NCBI GenBank assembly: GCA_964016885.1
Contig: OZ024741.1
Span: forward strand, 271,746,001-271,810,000
Direction of reading: 5' to 3'
Length of the DNA: 64,000 bases
Origin: Eledone cirrhosa
Taxonomy: Eukaryota
The position numbers and the translations under genes were made by a program. The notes beneath the pieces were generated by a model. That model was not told the origin of the DNA. It saw only the letters and a list, made by a program, of their open reading frames with translations, and ran no database searches. Positions 63,779 through 64,000 of this stretch are shown piece after piece (the first letter of the stretch is position 1; each line of letters opens with the position of its first letter).

Positions 63779-64000
63779 TCCTGTGTCAGTGTTGAACAAA
63801 AAGGTCACGTGGTTGCCTTAACACCGTACGGCATAAATCAGGCTGTCCGTTTGTTTACAAACGAACAAAGCGAACATTATAATAAATGTTCACTAAACTG
63901 ATACGTACATATATATACGTGTGCCTGTATGTATATATATATATATATATATACATGCTACTGTACGTCTGTATACATATATGTATGTACGTATACATAC

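Overview
AT-rich, intron-rich animal genomic DNA, dense in microsatellites and transposons. The SINE/LINE repertoire suggests a coleoid cephalopod such as Octopus (inference). Most ORFs in the supplied track are microsatellite artefacts or retroelement fragments. Three real genes were rebuilt by hand from splice sites: (1) the last exon of a fasciclin (FAS1) domain gene (+, 2333-2451); (2) a complete 7-exon LAPTM4-family lysosomal membrane protein gene (-, 35752 to 14668, 310 aa); (3) the last three exons of a C6orf62-like gene (-, 63288 to 53969). Mobile DNA includes RTE, CR1, R4/Dong-like and CRE-like LINE pieces, two tRNA-derived SINE families, non-autonomous Helitrons, a mariner MITE, a young non-autonomous LTR element and Penelope-like relics. 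Main unexplained signals: (a) several minimal type I hammerhead ribozyme motifs from different sequence families, including a diverged pair (39147-39189 and 63736-63778) with compensatory base changes in all three helices; (b) an LTR primer-binding site that runs about 32 nt into tRNA-Trp with a mismatch exactly opposite A58, consistent with reverse-transcriptase read-through of m1A58; (c) a tandem array of MiT/TFE-type TCATGTGA motifs in intron 1 of the lysosomal gene; (d) a composite Helitron carrying a LINE fragment, with its empty site recoverable from the host repeat. All calls were made by eye and no searches were run.
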